A stretch of 64,000 nucleotides of DNA from Acidobacteriota bacterium (GTDB lineage: Bacteria > Acidobacteriota > UBA4820 > DSQY01). Position 1 is the stretch's first letter; every line of letters starts with the position of its first letter. The stretch is from NCBI GenBank assembly GCA_037445535.1, contig JBBIKI010000002.1, forward strand, positions 14,338 through 78,337, given 5' to 3'. Position numbers and translations under genes: made by a program. The notes below the pieces were generated by a model. It was not told where the DNA came from. It did not search any database and was given only the letters and a program-made list of their open reading frames with translations. Below, in pieces: positions 49,074 through 59,268 of the stretch.

Positions 49074-51053
49074 CTACCGCACGAACATATAGCAGGCGCT
49101 CAAACGGCCGTCTGGGTTGAGCACCTGCACACACACGGGGGTCCCCTTGGGAGCCATGGCTTTGAGCGGGCTTCCGCTCTTGGCCAGGACTTTGGTGGAG
49201 CTCTTGTAGGCCGTAACGGGGACGGGCGTGCCACCGATGTGCGCGATACACCCGGGCTTGAACTGAATCCCCGTGATCTTAAGGCGGAAAGGGCTGGTGA
49301 GGACGGACACGTGGGTGACGGCTGGGACCTCTCCCCCGCCCGCTGAAATTGTGAGGGGCGTGCTCACCGCCTTCTGGCTCCCCGCGTCGGTCACGGTCAA
49401 GACCACCGAGAAGGTGCCGCTGGCCCCATAGGTGTGGCTGGGGGAAGCCGCCGGCGAGGTTCCGCCATCCCCAAAATCCCACGCGTACGTGAAGGGCGCC
49501 GTGCCTCCGGCCACATTGGAGGTGAAGGCCACCGCCAGAGGCGGGGAGCCCGCCGTAGGGATAGCCGAAATCGTCACCATGAAGGACGAGGCCACGAGAA
49601 TGCGGAGGTGGTCGTCGGTGGCGGTCTGGCCCCCCGAGTCCTTGGCCGTGAAGGTGACCGTGAAGTATCCGGCGGTTGCGAACGTGTGGAGAGGATTCTG
49701 CTGCGTGGAACCTGACGTGCCGTCACCGAAATCCCATTGATAGGAGTAGGGCGCGGTCCCTCCCGACGCGGTCCCCGTGAAATTCACGTGCAGGGGGTAA
49801 AGGCCGAAGGTCTTATCCGCCTGAGCGGAGGCGGCCAGGGCACCGGGCCCGAGGGCCTTGATGAGGAGGTGGTTGTCCGTGGCCGGGGCCCCCGTGGCGT
49901 CGGTGGCCGTGAGACTCACGCGGTAATCACCGACGGCCGTGTAGGTGTGGGCGGGGTTCTGCTCGGTGGACTTGGCGGTCCCGTCGCCGAAGTCCCAGGA
50001 ATAGGTGAAAGGCGCCTTGCCTCCCGTAACGGTGGCGCTGAAGGAGACCGCTAAGGGCGCCTGGCCCTGGCTAGGGCTGGCGTTGGCGGTAACGGCATAG
50101 GCGCTCGTGGCCGTAATGGTGAGATGGGTGTCTTTGGAAGTTCCGCCCGTGGAGTCTTTCACCGTGAGAACGGGTTTGAAGGTCCCGGCGGCGTACGAGT
50201 GCGTGGGGTTCTGAAGGGTGGAATGGGCGGATCCGTCGGCAAAATCCCAATCCCACGAGTACGGCGGCACTCCCCCCGCCGCCTTCCCCGTGAAGGCCAC
50301 GGCCAGGGGCGCCGTCCCAGAGGTGGGCGCGGCGGCGGCGGTGGCCTGCAGAGCGGTAGGCAGCGCGAGGAGGTAATCGAAGTTGGCGGCCGGCGCGGCG
50401 GTGATGGTGTACACGGTAAACGGAGCCGACCCTGCCTTGTTCACGGGAAAAACCGTCTGTGCGGGGTCGCAGCAGGTAGTGCACGAGGGAACGGTAAAGG
50501 TCCCCTGGAGGGTATATCCCGACACGTACGCATAGGGGAGGGTACCCGACGTCCGAGACGCCACCGAGCCGTAGGAGGCCACCTGGGCGGCCACGCCCGC
50601 CGTGGACGACTGGAGCTTGGCATCGTAAGCCTGGTCAACCTCCAGGAGCACGGGACCGGCCGCTCCTGTGGCGCACACGGGCGCCGCGGCGGCCCCCGGC
50701 GAGACGCCGCCGTAGGCTACGGTGAGGGTGCCGCCCTGAACAAAGATGTCATAGACGGGGACGGTGGTCATGAGCAGGAGATCCCCCGCCTTGAGGTAGA
50801 GCCCGTCCGTGGCATTGGCTTGGCCGTCCGTGATGATGACGTTGGTCCCCCCTCCCAGGACAAGCAGCCAGAGGTTGGCCGAGCCGGGATTGCTCAGGGC
50901 CGGCTTGAACTGATACTGGTCCCCGTCGAGCATCTGGACCGTGGCGTCGCAGCGCCCAGCGGTGTAGGTGGCCTCATAGAACGTCGCCCATGCCGGAAGG
51001 GAACTCAGCACACACCCCGCTAGAACCAGGAGAGAAAGCCACTTGTGCCTCAT
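49074..51053 (-). CDS. secreted protein with five PKD domains and a C-terminal IPT/TIG-like domain
   Basis: Signal peptide MRHKWLSLLVLAGCVLSSLPAWA (the ATG at 51053 is preceded by AAGGAG); PKD cores YSWDWDFADGS, FTYSWDFGDGT, YSYQWDFGDGT, FTYAWDFGDGG and others; C-terminus ...PVCVQVLNPDGRLSACYMFVR is paralogous to the 37032 protein. Confidence 0.8.
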   Translation of the reverse strand: MRHKWLSLLVLAGCVLSSLPAWATFYEATYTAGRCDATVQMLDGDQYQFKPALSNPGSANLWLLVLGGGTNVIITDGQANATDGLYLKAGDLLLMTTVPVYDIFVQGGTLTVAYGGVSPGAAAAPVCATGAAGPVLLEVDQAYDAKLQSSTAGVAAQVASYGSVASRTSGTLPYAYVSGYTLQGTFTVPSCTTCCDPAQTVFPVNKAGSAPFTVYTITAAPAANFDYLLALPTALQATAAAAPTSGTAPLAVAFTGKAAGGVPPYSWDWDFADGSAHSTLQNPTHSYAAGTFKPVLTVKDSTGGTSKDTHLTITATSAYAVTANASPSQGQAPLAVSFSATVTGGKAPFTYSWDFGDGTAKSTEQNPAHTYTAVGDYRVSLTATDATGAPATDNHLLIKALGPGALAASAQADKTFGLYPLHVNFTGTASGGTAPYSYQWDFGDGTSGSTQQNPLHTFATAGYFTVTFTAKDSGGQTATDDHLRILVASSFMVTISAIPTAGSPPLAVAFTSNVAGGTAPFTYAWDFGDGGTSPAASPSHTYGASGTFSVVLTVTDAGSQKAVSTPLTISAGGGEVPAVTHVSVLTSPFRLKITGIQFKPGCIAHIGGTPVPVTAYKSSTKVLAKSGSPLKAMAPKGTPVCVQVLNPDGRLSACYMFVR

Positions 51054-51159
51054 CGGTCGCTCCTTCATCTGTCACTACTATATACCCGTCGGGCCGCCTG
51101 GGGGCGTTGGAGTATACTTAGGATGGTCTGGGTAGCCCGGCATCGGGCGGGAGGGACGG

Positions 51160-51495
51160 ATGAAAAGAACTTGGCTCGCCTTGGGAACCCTGGTCCTCGC
51201 GGCGGCGCTGTCGTGCTCTCTGATGGCGGTGAAGATCGCCGATATCAAGAAAGATCCGGGGCGCTACGAGAACAAGACGGTGACCGTGAGCGGCAGGGTG
51301 AGCGGCGGCACCAAGCTCCCCTTCATGGCCCAATCCTTCTACCAGCTCGATGACGGCTCCGATTCCATCATGATTATGACCCGCAAGGCCCTTCCTCCAG
51401 ACGGGCAGAAGGTTCTCGTGCGGGGCAAGGTAGAATCGGCCCTCAAGATCGCCGGACAGTCCTATGGATTGGTCATTATGGAGGACGAGAAGTGA
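51160..51495 (+). CDS. small periplasmic OB-fold protein (BOF/YgiW-like), 111 aa
   Basis: Signal peptide, then ...[22 protein letters not shown]...[14 protein letters not shown]...KVLVRGKV..., resembling the BOF family; 4-nt overlap with pta. Confidence 0.5.
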   Translation: MKRTWLALGTLVLAAALSCSLMAVKIADIKKDPGRYENKTVTVSGRVSGGTKLPFMAQSFYQLDDGSDSIMIMTRKALPPDGQKVLVRGKVESALKIAGQSYGLVIMEDEK

Positions 51496-52514
51496 CCCTG
51501 CTGGACACCATCCGGGCACGGGCCGCGAAGGACCCCAAGCGCATCGCCCTCCCCGAAACGGGCGACGAGCGGACCCTTCGGGCGGTCCCGCTCATCCTGG
51601 CGGCGGGCTCGGCCGTACCCGTACTCGTGGGAAAGCCCGAACAGGTTCGCGCCCTCGCGGCGCGCGTTGGCGTCCCCCTTGACGGCGCCGAAATCCTGGA
51701 CCCATCAGAGGTGGCCTTCCAGCGGGAAGCGGGCAGGATATACCTGGAGCGCAACCGCGCCAAGGGCGCCACACAGGAGCAGGCCCGCCAGCTCGCCGCT
51801 TCGCCCCTGTACGGCGCCTGCCTGGCGGTGAGGCTCGGGAAGGCCGGCGGAGTGGTTTCGGGGGCCACGCATACGACGGCCGATTCGGTCCGTGCCTATC
51901 TCCGGTGCTTCGGACCCGCCCCCGGCATCCGCACCGTGTCCTCCTTCTTCCTCATGATCACCCCCAAGGCCGAATACGGCGAAGGAGGAACCTTCGTTTA
52001 CTCGGACTGCGGGCTGGTGCCCTACCCCGACAGCGCCCAGCTCGCCGAGATCGCCCTTTGCGCCGCCGGTTCTTTCCGCCTCCTCGTGGGAGCCGAGCCG
52101 AAGGTGGCCTTCCTCTCCTTCTCCACCAAAGGCTCCGCCAAGGATGCCAACGTGGACAAGGTAGTCAGGGCCTTCCAGACCTTCCAGGCGCGTGCTCCGA
52201 ACGTGGCCGCCGACGGCGAACTCCAGGGCGACGCGGCCCTGGTGCCCAAGGTGGGGGCCAGCAAAGCTCCCGGCAGCCCCGTGGCGGGCCAGGCCAACGT
52301 CCTCATCTTCCCCAACCTGGACGCGGGCAACATCGCCTACAAACTCACCGAGCGCCTGGCGGGAGCTGTGGCCCTCGGACCCATCCTCCAAGGGCTAGAC
52401 GCCGCGGCCAACGATCTGAGCAGGGGCTGCACCGCCCAGGACATCGCCGACGTGGCGGCCATCACCGCCGTCCAGGCCCAGGCCCTTGACCAGGGGGGGC
52501 GAACCAGGCCGTGA
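51492..52514 (+). CDS. pta: phosphate acetyltransferase
   Basis: Full-length PTA_PTB similarity (...[12 protein letters not shown]..., ...[20 protein letters not shown]...). Confidence 0.9.
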   Translation: MTLLDTIRARAAKDPKRIALPETGDERTLRAVPLILAAGSAVPVLVGKPEQVRALAARVGVPLDGAEILDPSEVAFQREAGRIYLERNRAKGATQEQARQLAASPLYGACLAVRLGKAGGVVSGATHTTADSVRAYLRCFGPAPGIRTVSSFFLMITPKAEYGEGGTFVYSDCGLVPYPDSAQLAEIALCAAGSFRLLVGAEPKVAFLSFSTKGSAKDANVDKVVRAFQTFQARAPNVAADGELQGDAALVPKVGASKAPGSPVAGQANVLIFPNLDAGNIAYKLTERLAGAVALGPILQGLDAAANDLSRGCTAQDIADVAAITAVQAQALDQGGRTRP

Positions 52515-53182
52515 CGTCGCCCTCCTGCGCCCTTCTCATCCCCTCTTACAACGGCGGAGACCATCTTCTCGCCGTCCTGGGGGACCTTCGCCCATGGGGC
52601 CTCCCCGTCCTCGTGGTAGACGACGGATCCACCGACGGAAGCGGAGAGGAGGCCAGCCGTCAGGGCGTTCACGTCCTTCGCTTGCCCCGGCGTTCGGGCA
52701 AGGGAAACGCCGTGAGGCGTGGGCTGGACGTCCTCTTGAAGAGCAGCCCCCCCGAGTGGGTCCTTTTCATGGACTCTGACGGCCAGCACTTGCCGTCGGA
52801 GGTTCCCCTTTTCCTGGACGCCATGGACGCCTCCTGCGATTTTCTCATCGGTTCCCGCATCCAGAACCGGGGCAAATTCCCAAAGGTGAACCTCATCACC
52901 AACCTCGTAGGAAGCGAGATCCTTCGGTGGATGAGCGGACACGCCGTGCCGGACACCCAGTGCGGATTCCGCGCCCTTCGCGCCTCGTTGCTGGAACGCA
53001 TGGCCCTCCAGTCGCCAGGCTTCGAGATCGAAACCGAGATGCTCCTCAAGGCCCTGCGCCTGGGAGCCCGGTGGCGGGCCATCCCGGTGAGCGCCGTCTA
53101 CAACGGCCAGGGGAGCCATTTCATCCCCGTAGCCGACACCTTCCGCATCTGCATGGCCGCCCTAGAGCATGTCCGCGGATAG
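52511..53182 (+). CDS. family 2 glycosyltransferase (DPM1/GtrB-like, 223 aa)
   Basis: [14 protein letters not shown]...[12 protein letters not shown]...FMDSDGQH (DxD); 4-nt overlap with pta. Confidence 0.8.
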   Translation: MTSPSCALLIPSYNGGDHLLAVLGDLRPWGLPVLVVDDGSTDGSGEEASRQGVHVLRLPRRSGKGNAVRRGLDVLLKSSPPEWVLFMDSDGQHLPSEVPLFLDAMDASCDFLIGSRIQNRGKFPKVNLITNLVGSEILRWMSGHAVPDTQCGFRALRASLLERMALQSPGFEIETEMLLKALRLGARWRAIPVSAVYNGQGSHFIPVADTFRICMAALEHVRG

Positions 53183-54053
53183 GGTCTACAAGGACTGGCA
53201 GGCAACCGGATTTAACAACCGGTGGGTCTTCCGCCTCGCTCACTGGGTGTGCGGGCTCTTCCCGCGGCCGCTCCTCTACACCCTTTCCGACAGCGTCATG
53301 GACTGGTTCCAGGGCGCCAACACTGCGGTCGCGTGCGCCGTCGCCGGCAACCTCGCGATCGCCTTCCCGGACCGGCCCCAAGCGGAAGTGGAAGCCCACG
53401 CCGGGAGGACATTCCAGAACTACGGCCGGGGGGTGGTGGACTACCTCACGGCTGACGGGCAGGGCAGCGAGGTGGTCCCACGGGAGGGCGCCCTCGCCAC
53501 CATGGCTTCTTTGCGGGGAGGCGCCATTCTCGTCACGGCGCACATGGGCAATTGGGAGGTGGGCGGGGACTTCCTGGGCAGGGCCGTGGGACCCCACACC
53601 ATGGTGGGATTCCCCGAGCGGGACGCGGGAGTGGAAACCTTTCGCCAGAGGAAACGCGGCGCCTCCGGCCATACCACGCTGAGCGTGGGCATGGGCCTGG
53701 AAGGCATGCTTCGGCTCAGGCGGGGCTTGGAATCGGGAGAGCGGATGGTGGTCCTGGTGGACCGGGCCGTGGGAAAGGACTGTGTGGAGGTGGTCTTCCG
53801 GGGACGTCCCTCGAACTTTCTCAGGAGCCCCGCCGTATTCTCACATCTGACGGGCGTTCCCCTGGTACCCGTGGCGGTCATGTGCGACGGCTCCGGCCGT
53901 TACTCCGCCTGGGTGGGTACCCCTTTCCGGACGGCCGATTGCGACGGCCCGGAGGCGGCCATGCAGAAGGTGGCGGACTTTTTCTCGGGAGTTTTGGAGC
54001 GATACCCCGATCAGTGGTATAATTTCTTTAGATACTGGCGGGAGGGGCCATGA
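53169..54053 (+). CDS. LpxL/HtrB-family lipid acyltransferase (lysophospholipid acyltransferase superfamily)
   Basis: PF03279-like architecture; conserved H(x4)D-type region (TAHMGNWEVGGDFL); overlaps the preceding GT2 gene. Confidence 0.75.
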   Translation: MSADRVYKDWQATGFNNRWVFRLAHWVCGLFPRPLLYTLSDSVMDWFQGANTAVACAVAGNLAIAFPDRPQAEVEAHAGRTFQNYGRGVVDYLTADGQGSEVVPREGALATMASLRGGAILVTAHMGNWEVGGDFLGRAVGPHTMVGFPERDAGVETFRQRKRGASGHTTLSVGMGLEGMLRLRRGLESGERMVVLVDRAVGKDCVEVVFRGRPSNFLRSPAVFSHLTGVPLVPVAVMCDGSGRYSAWVGTPFRTADCDGPEAAMQKVADFFSGVLERYPDQWYNFFRYWREGP

Positions 54054-54397
54054 CCTTTCTGGACATCGCATCGGAAGCCCGCGGGACGGCATGGATCATC
54101 CACCTGAAGGGCTTCCTTGACGTGCATACTCACGAGATGCTCCGGGAAACCATCCGGGAACACATGGCCCATGGCCGGCACCAGATTCTTTTGGACATGG
54201 AGCAGCTGACCTACATCGGCTCCTCGGGCATCGAGGTCATCCTATCCACGGTCCAGCCGCTGCGGGACCAGGCCGGCGATCTGGTGCTTACGGGCATGTC
54301 ATCCAAGATTTACAAGGTCTTCGACCTGCTGGGCCTTCCGGCCCTCCTCACCATCCGTCCCACTGTCGAGGAGGGGCTCCAGGCTTTCAAGCCCTGA
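54050..54397 (+). CDS. STAS domain protein (anti-sigma factor antagonist, SpoIIAA-like)
   Basis: 115 aa; ...LDMEQLTYIGSSGIEVIL...VLTGMSSKIYKVFDLLGL... Confidence 0.8.
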   Translation: MTFLDIASEARGTAWIIHLKGFLDVHTHEMLRETIREHMAHGRHQILLDMEQLTYIGSSGIEVILSTVQPLRDQAGDLVLTGMSSKIYKVFDLLGLPALLTIRPTVEEGLQAFKP

Positions 54398-54402
54398 ACG
54401 CC

Positions 54403-55023
54403 ATGGATCCCTGGTCCTACTTCGCGCCCTCAGCCATGGCCACGGCGGAGCTGAAGGAGCAGGGCTCCCGCTTCATCGCCCACGTGGCCCCCGCCTCCTC
54501 CCCGGAGGAAGCCCTCACTTTTCTGGACTCCCTTCGAAAGCGCTACCACGACGCAACCCACCACTGCTGGGCCTACCGGCTGGGCTGGGGCGAGTCACTC
54601 CTGAACCGGTTCTCCGATGACGGAGAACCGAGCCACACGGCGGGTGAACCCATTCTGAAATCCTTGGAGGAGAAGGGCGTTTCGGAAGCGTGCCTGGTGG
54701 TGGTCCGGTACTTCGGCGGGGTCAAGCTAGGAACGGGAGGCCTGGCGCGGGCGTATCGCGCCTCCTCTCGCCTGGCCCTGGACCACGTCCGCCTTCTGCC
54801 GCGCGTCCTCACGGAAACGTGGGAAATTGACCTGCCCTATGGAGCTCAAGGAAGCCTCCACCACACGGCGGCAGCTTTGGGTGTAAACTTGAGCCAGCAG
54901 GTGTTCGGAGAGAATGTTTCCCTGGAGGCGCAGGTGCCCAAGGGGGCGAGCCAAGCCTTTAAGGGGCGCATGGACCAGCTCCGGGAGCTGTGGAAAGGGG
55001 CCGTCCGGTGGAAATTGAAGTGA
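54403..55023 (+). CDS. YigZ/IMPACT family (UPF0029) protein
   Basis: ...KEQGSRFIAHVAPASS...HHCWAYRLG...DDGEPSHTAGEPIL... Confidence 0.85.
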   Translation: MDPWSYFAPSAMATAELKEQGSRFIAHVAPASSPEEALTFLDSLRKRYHDATHHCWAYRLGWGESLLNRFSDDGEPSHTAGEPILKSLEEKGVSEACLVVVRYFGGVKLGTGGLARAYRASSRLALDHVRLLPRVLTETWEIDLPYGAQGSLHHTAAALGVNLSQQVFGENVSLEAQVPKGASQAFKGRMDQLRELWKGAVRWKLK

Positions 55024-55571
55024 AGGTGCCCGTGGCAGGTGTGGCGGCGGTCAGGGCCAGGGCCCAGGCTCTGGGTTACGAGGTCCACCGGGAGCGCCAC
55101 TTCGAGGCCAACATCCTCTACGATTATCCCGAGCGGTCCATCTCCCTTTCCGGGTGCCTCCTGAGAGTCCGGGAGACCCCGCAGGGAGCCCTCCTAACCT
55201 TTAAGGGCAAGGTGGTCCACGATCCCACCTTCAAGGTGCGCCCGGAGGAGGAAACCACCTGCGCCGACGGTGGGGCTCTCCGGTCCATCCTGGAGAGCAT
55301 CGGCCTCAGGCCCTTCTTCCGGTATGAGAAATTCAGGGAGGAGTACCGGGGAGAGGGTGGGCTCCTCTGCCTGGACGAGTTACCTTTCGGAGATTTCCTG
55401 GAACTGGAGGGCGGCCCGGCCGCCATCGAAGCCCTCGCGCGATCCCTGGAGCTGGATCCGGCCTCTTTCGTAAAGCGATCCTACGCCGACCTGTACGGCG
55501 AGCATTGCCGCAAGCTGGGCGTGCCCTTCGGAAACATCGTCTTCCCGGAATCGGGCCGTGCCCATTCGTGA
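55008..55571 (+). CDS. CYTH domain protein (CyaB-type class IV adenylyl cyclase / triphosphate tunnel metalloenzyme fold)
   Basis: VEIEVKV (EXEXK); ...RERHFEANILYDYPE...LLRVRE...LTFKGK...; about 188 aa; GTG start overlaps the yigZ 3' end (alternative GTG at 54990). Confidence 0.75.
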   Translation: MEIEVKVPVAGVAAVRARAQALGYEVHRERHFEANILYDYPERSISLSGCLLRVRETPQGALLTFKGKVVHDPTFKVRPEEETTCADGGALRSILESIGLRPFFRYEKFREEYRGEGGLLCLDELPFGDFLELEGGPAAIEALARSLELDPASFVKRSYADLYGEHCRKLGVPFGNIVFPESGRAHS

Positions 55572-56529
55572 GGCGGTGATCCTAGCCGCGGGCCTCGGCT
55601 TGCGGATGCGGCCCCTCACGAACTTTCGCCCCAAGCCCTCGCTCCCGTTCCTCAACCGGCCCATCCTTCATTGGCTCCTGGATTCCCTCCGGGAGGCCGG
55701 CGTGAAGCGCGTCTGCATCAACCTCCACCACCTGCCCCAAGTCCTCAGGGCCACCGCGGAACAGGGGGCCTGCGGCCTGGACTTGCGGTTCTCCTTTGAG
55801 CCCGAGATCCTCGGTACGGCGGGCCTGTTTGGTCCACTGCGGGGCCTCCTGCATGAAGAGGCCTTTCTGGTGGTGAACGGGGATATCGTTCACGGCATCC
55901 CCTACGCCAAGCTCGAGGGCGCCCTCTTGGCCAACCCCGAGGCCCTTGCAGCCCTCGCCCTCAGGCCTTTAGAGCCGCCCTACACACCGGTCATGACGTG
56001 CGAGGACGGCCGCATCACGTCGTTTGGCGGCCAAGGGACGTTCATGTTCGCGGGAATCTACGCCGCCCGCCGTGCCCTTCTGGACAGGCTCCCCGGTCCC
56101 GGCGTCAGGCAGCTGGTTCCCGACCTCCTGCGCCCGTTGCTGCCTGCGGGCGCCATTCGAGGCGTCCAGTGCTCCGAGCGCTGGCAAGACCTGGGTTCAC
56201 CCTGGACCTTCTTGAGCGCGTCCCTCGCTTCGGCGCGCGCCATGGCCGAGGGCCGCTGCGCCGTTCCCGCGGGATCGGTCCTGGAAATACGGGACCGCCA
56301 GCCCCTCCTGCGCCATGCCAGCGCCCTGATCTCCAGGGACGCCATCCTCACGGGACCCCTCGTAGCCGGGGAGGGTGCCCGGGTCGAACCGAGGGCCCAC
56401 GTGGGGCGCGCCGTTCTCCTGGAGCGGGTCCGGGTGGGGCCAGGGGAGCGTCTGGAGGATGGCATCGCCATGGCCGTGGCGGCGGACCGGCTCGTGATCC
56501 CGGCCGGGGCACGCTTCTTGCCTACGTAA
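55558..56529 (+). CDS. sugar-phosphate nucleotidyltransferase with a C-terminal left-handed beta-helix (MurU/ManC/GlmU-N-like)
   Basis: AVILAAGLGLRMRPLTNFRPKPSLPFLNRPIL matches the NTP_transferase G-x-G-T-R-x-x-P-x-T motif; hexapeptide-like C-terminus; overlaps the CYTH gene. Confidence 0.75.
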   Translation: MPIREAVILAAGLGLRMRPLTNFRPKPSLPFLNRPILHWLLDSLREAGVKRVCINLHHLPQVLRATAEQGACGLDLRFSFEPEILGTAGLFGPLRGLLHEEAFLVVNGDIVHGIPYAKLEGALLANPEALAALALRPLEPPYTPVMTCEDGRITSFGGQGTFMFAGIYAARRALLDRLPGPGVRQLVPDLLRPLLPAGAIRGVQCSERWQDLGSPWTFLSASLASARAMAEGRCAVPAGSVLEIRDRQPLLRHASALISRDAILTGPLVAGEGARVEPRAHVGRAVLLERVRVGPGERLEDGIAMAVAADRLVIPAGARFLPT

Positions 56530-56930
56530 GATCCTTGGGAGAGGGATGCCTGTGGGGCGGGTGTTCTGCCTCTGGAGGCGGGGCAAATCCCCAAAACGCT
56601 GGGGCAACTGCCCCACAGCCACCGATTCGAGAGAGCCGCCATCGGTGTCGCCTCCAGGATCTCCCAGGAAAATCCGGACCCGACGCCAAGCCGGGCTGAA
56701 TGTCTCAGATTCCTCTCGTCCTCTGGGGGCCGTCGCGGCCCCCTTTTTTTGGGGGGAGATGGAGGCAACGGAAGCGGGGCTTGCCTCGCCATTCCCCTCC
56801 CGAGCTTGAACCGCATGGGGGCAACCTTCGCTCCGTTCGGAAAGCCTTGGCGCGCATGGGGCTTTCGGGAGCCCGGTTTGAAATGGGTCCGGGATTCGTG
56901 GATAATTTGGCGGGCGCGAGAGGGGGCTCG

Positions 56931-57752
56931 GTGGACCATTCTGAGGCCGTGGGCCAGCAACAGAAAGTGACCGTCATCATTCCCGCCGGCAACGAGGCGG
57001 ACCAGATCGAGGAGGCGGCCAGCACGGTCCTCTGGGCTGACGAAATCCTGGTCGTGGTGGACGCGGCGAGCAACGACGGCACGCTGGAGAGAGTCCGCAC
57101 CCTGAAGGACCCCAGGGTTCGAGCCGAATCGCACCCCTACGGGTACAGCGCCGCGCAGAAGAACTGGGCCATCCCTCGGGCAACCCATCCGTGGGTCTTC
57201 CTCCTGGACGCCGATGAGCGGTGCACGAAGCCCCTGCGCGACGAAATTCAAGCCCTCCTCTCCGGGGAACCCGACAGGGACGCCTACTGGATCCAGAGGG
57301 AGAATCTCTTTTTCGGGCGGGTCATGAAACACGGGGGCTGGCAGACGGACAAGGTCATCAGGCTCTTTCGCAGGGAATGCCGCTATCAGGACACGCGCGT
57401 CCGCGCTGAGATCGAGGGCTGGACCACCGTCGGCGCTCTTCAACACCCCCTGCAGCACTCCACCTTCCGAGGGTGGGCCCACTACCTCACCAAGCTGGAC
57501 CAGCACACCACGTGGGGAGCCGAACAGGACTTCAAGGAGGGCAAGGGCGCGGGCATGACCAGCGTGCTCCTGCGCCCCACGTTTCACTTCATTAAACAGT
57601 ACATCATCCGCCTAGGCTTTCTGGACGGTATTCCAGGGGCTATCGCCGTGTATCTGGGGGTGTACGGCGTCTTCCTCAAATACGCCAAGCTGTGGGACAT
57701 GGGCAGGCGCAAGCGCATCGCCCCCCGGGACGATGGAGCCGGGAACCCTTAG
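56931..57752 (+). CDS. family 2 glycosyltransferase (WaaE/KdtX-like LPS-core type)
   Basis: KVTVIIPAGNEADQIEE...DEILVVVDAASNDGT...FLLDADE; GTG at 56931 preceded by GAGAGGGGG. The upstream track extension has no homology. Confidence 0.75.
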   Translation: MDHSEAVGQQQKVTVIIPAGNEADQIEEAASTVLWADEILVVVDAASNDGTLERVRTLKDPRVRAESHPYGYSAAQKNWAIPRATHPWVFLLDADERCTKPLRDEIQALLSGEPDRDAYWIQRENLFFGRVMKHGGWQTDKVIRLFRRECRYQDTRVRAEIEGWTTVGALQHPLQHSTFRGWAHYLTKLDQHTTWGAEQDFKEGKGAGMTSVLLRPTFHFIKQYIIRLGFLDGIPGAIAVYLGVYGVFLKYAKLWDMGRRKRIAPRDDGAGNP

Positions 57753-57864
57753 CCGTTCGCGAGTAACGCCCCTCGCCTCTTGCTTCTCACTTACCGCTTC
57801 TTGCTTCCCGTTCCCTGCTCCCCTTTCCTTGACTTCCTCCCCGGCCAACGCCCATACTTAGACT

Positions 57865-59268
57865 ATGAAATTCAGGCGATACAGGGCCCTTGCCCTCATG
57901 CCCCGTATGAGTCCGTTCCTGGCCGTCGTGATGGCGGCGCTCCTCGGCCGGGCCGTGGGCGCGCAGGACGTCTTCCGCGTGAGCCTGAACCAGCCCATCG
58001 AACCCATCACCGCCGAGTACGTGGTGCAGGCCATCGAGGCGGCCAACGCCCGCAGGGGTGGCCTGGTTCTCCTGGAGATTGACACCCCAGGCGGTTATGT
58101 CACATCCGTAGAGAAGATTCAGCGCGCCATCCTGTCTTCCTCGATCCCCGTCGTGGCCTACGTCACTCCAGCGGGAGCCCGTGCCGCGTCCGGCGGAGCC
58201 TTCGTGGCCATGGCCTGCGACCTCATCGCCATGGCCCCTGGAACCACCATGGGCTCGGCCCATCCGGTGAGCGGCCTTCCCATTCCCATGCCCACTCAGC
58301 CCTCCCAACCTTCCCCCGGTGAAGGCCCCCAAAAACCGCCTTCCAAGGCCAAGGAGGGCGACGTAGGAATGGAGAAGCTCGTGAACGACCTGGCGGCCCA
58401 CATGCGATCCCTCGCCTCCAACCGGGGACGGAACCCTGAGCTGGCCGAGCAGATGGTCCGGGAGAGCATCTCTCTCACCGAACAGGAAGCATTGAAGGGT
58501 GGCGTCATCGAGCTCGTAGCTAAGGACGAGCAGGAGGTCCTTGCCTACGTCCGCGCACACCCCCTCAAGCGATTTGGCGGCCAGACCCAGATGGTCACCT
58601 TGCCTTCTCCGGCTGTCGTGGCGGACATTCCCATGACCACCCGGCAGCGTTTCCTCTCGGCGCTGGCGGACCCGAACCTCGCCTATGTGCTCTTCCTCCT
58701 GGGTGTCCTGGGGCTCTTCGTGGAGTTCAAAAGCCCCGGCCTCATCTTCCCCGGCATCCTGGGGGGCATCTTCCTCCTTCTCTATCTCATGTCAATCCCG
58801 CTCCTGCCGGTGAACGTGGTGGGGCTCCTGCTGGTCTTTCTGGGCTTGGTATTCTTCATCCTGGAGGTGAAAGTGGTATCCTATGGGATGTTGGCCATAG
58901 GAGGCTTGGTGTCCTTGGTGATCGGCAGCCTCATGATGTATAGCGGCGCACCTGTACCGGAACTCAGGCTCTCGCTTGTCGTGATCCTGCCGGTGGCCAT
59001 CGCGTTCTCCGCCATCTTGGTGTTCCTCCTCACCCTGGCGGCCCGGGCCTTTCGAGAGCCCGTGGCCACGGGCGACGAGGCCCTCGTGGGCCAGGTGGCC
59101 GAGGTCCGCGAGGACATAGAGCCGTCCCGGGAGGGCAAGGTATTCCTCATGGGCGAATACTGGAACGCTGCGTGCGACCGGCCGGTCAAGAAGGGCCTCA
59201 ACGTGAAGGTGACGTCCCGCCGAGGCATGGTGTTGAAGGTGGTGCCCCTTGAGGAGGGCGAGGCATGA
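57865..59268 (+). CDS. NfeD-family membrane-bound ClpP-class serine protease (stomatin operon partner)
   Basis: Signal/TM, ClpP-like core (...[15 protein letters not shown]...[10 protein letters not shown]...), C-terminal TM helices plus an OB-like domain. Confidence 0.85.
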   Translation: MKFRRYRALALMPRMSPFLAVVMAALLGRAVGAQDVFRVSLNQPIEPITAEYVVQAIEAANARRGGLVLLEIDTPGGYVTSVEKIQRAILSSSIPVVAYVTPAGARAASGGAFVAMACDLIAMAPGTTMGSAHPVSGLPIPMPTQPSQPSPGEGPQKPPSKAKEGDVGMEKLVNDLAAHMRSLASNRGRNPELAEQMVRESISLTEQEALKGGVIELVAKDEQEVLAYVRAHPLKRFGGQTQMVTLPSPAVVADIPMTTRQRFLSALADPNLAYVLFLLGVLGLFVEFKSPGLIFPGILGGIFLLLYLMSIPLLPVNVVGLLLVFLGLVFFILEVKVVSYGMLAIGGLVSLVIGSLMMYSGAPVPELRLSLVVILPVAIAFSAILVFLLTLAARAFREPVATGDEALVGQVAEVREDIEPSREGKVFLMGEYWNAACDRPVKKGLNVKVTSRRGMVLKVVPLEEGEA

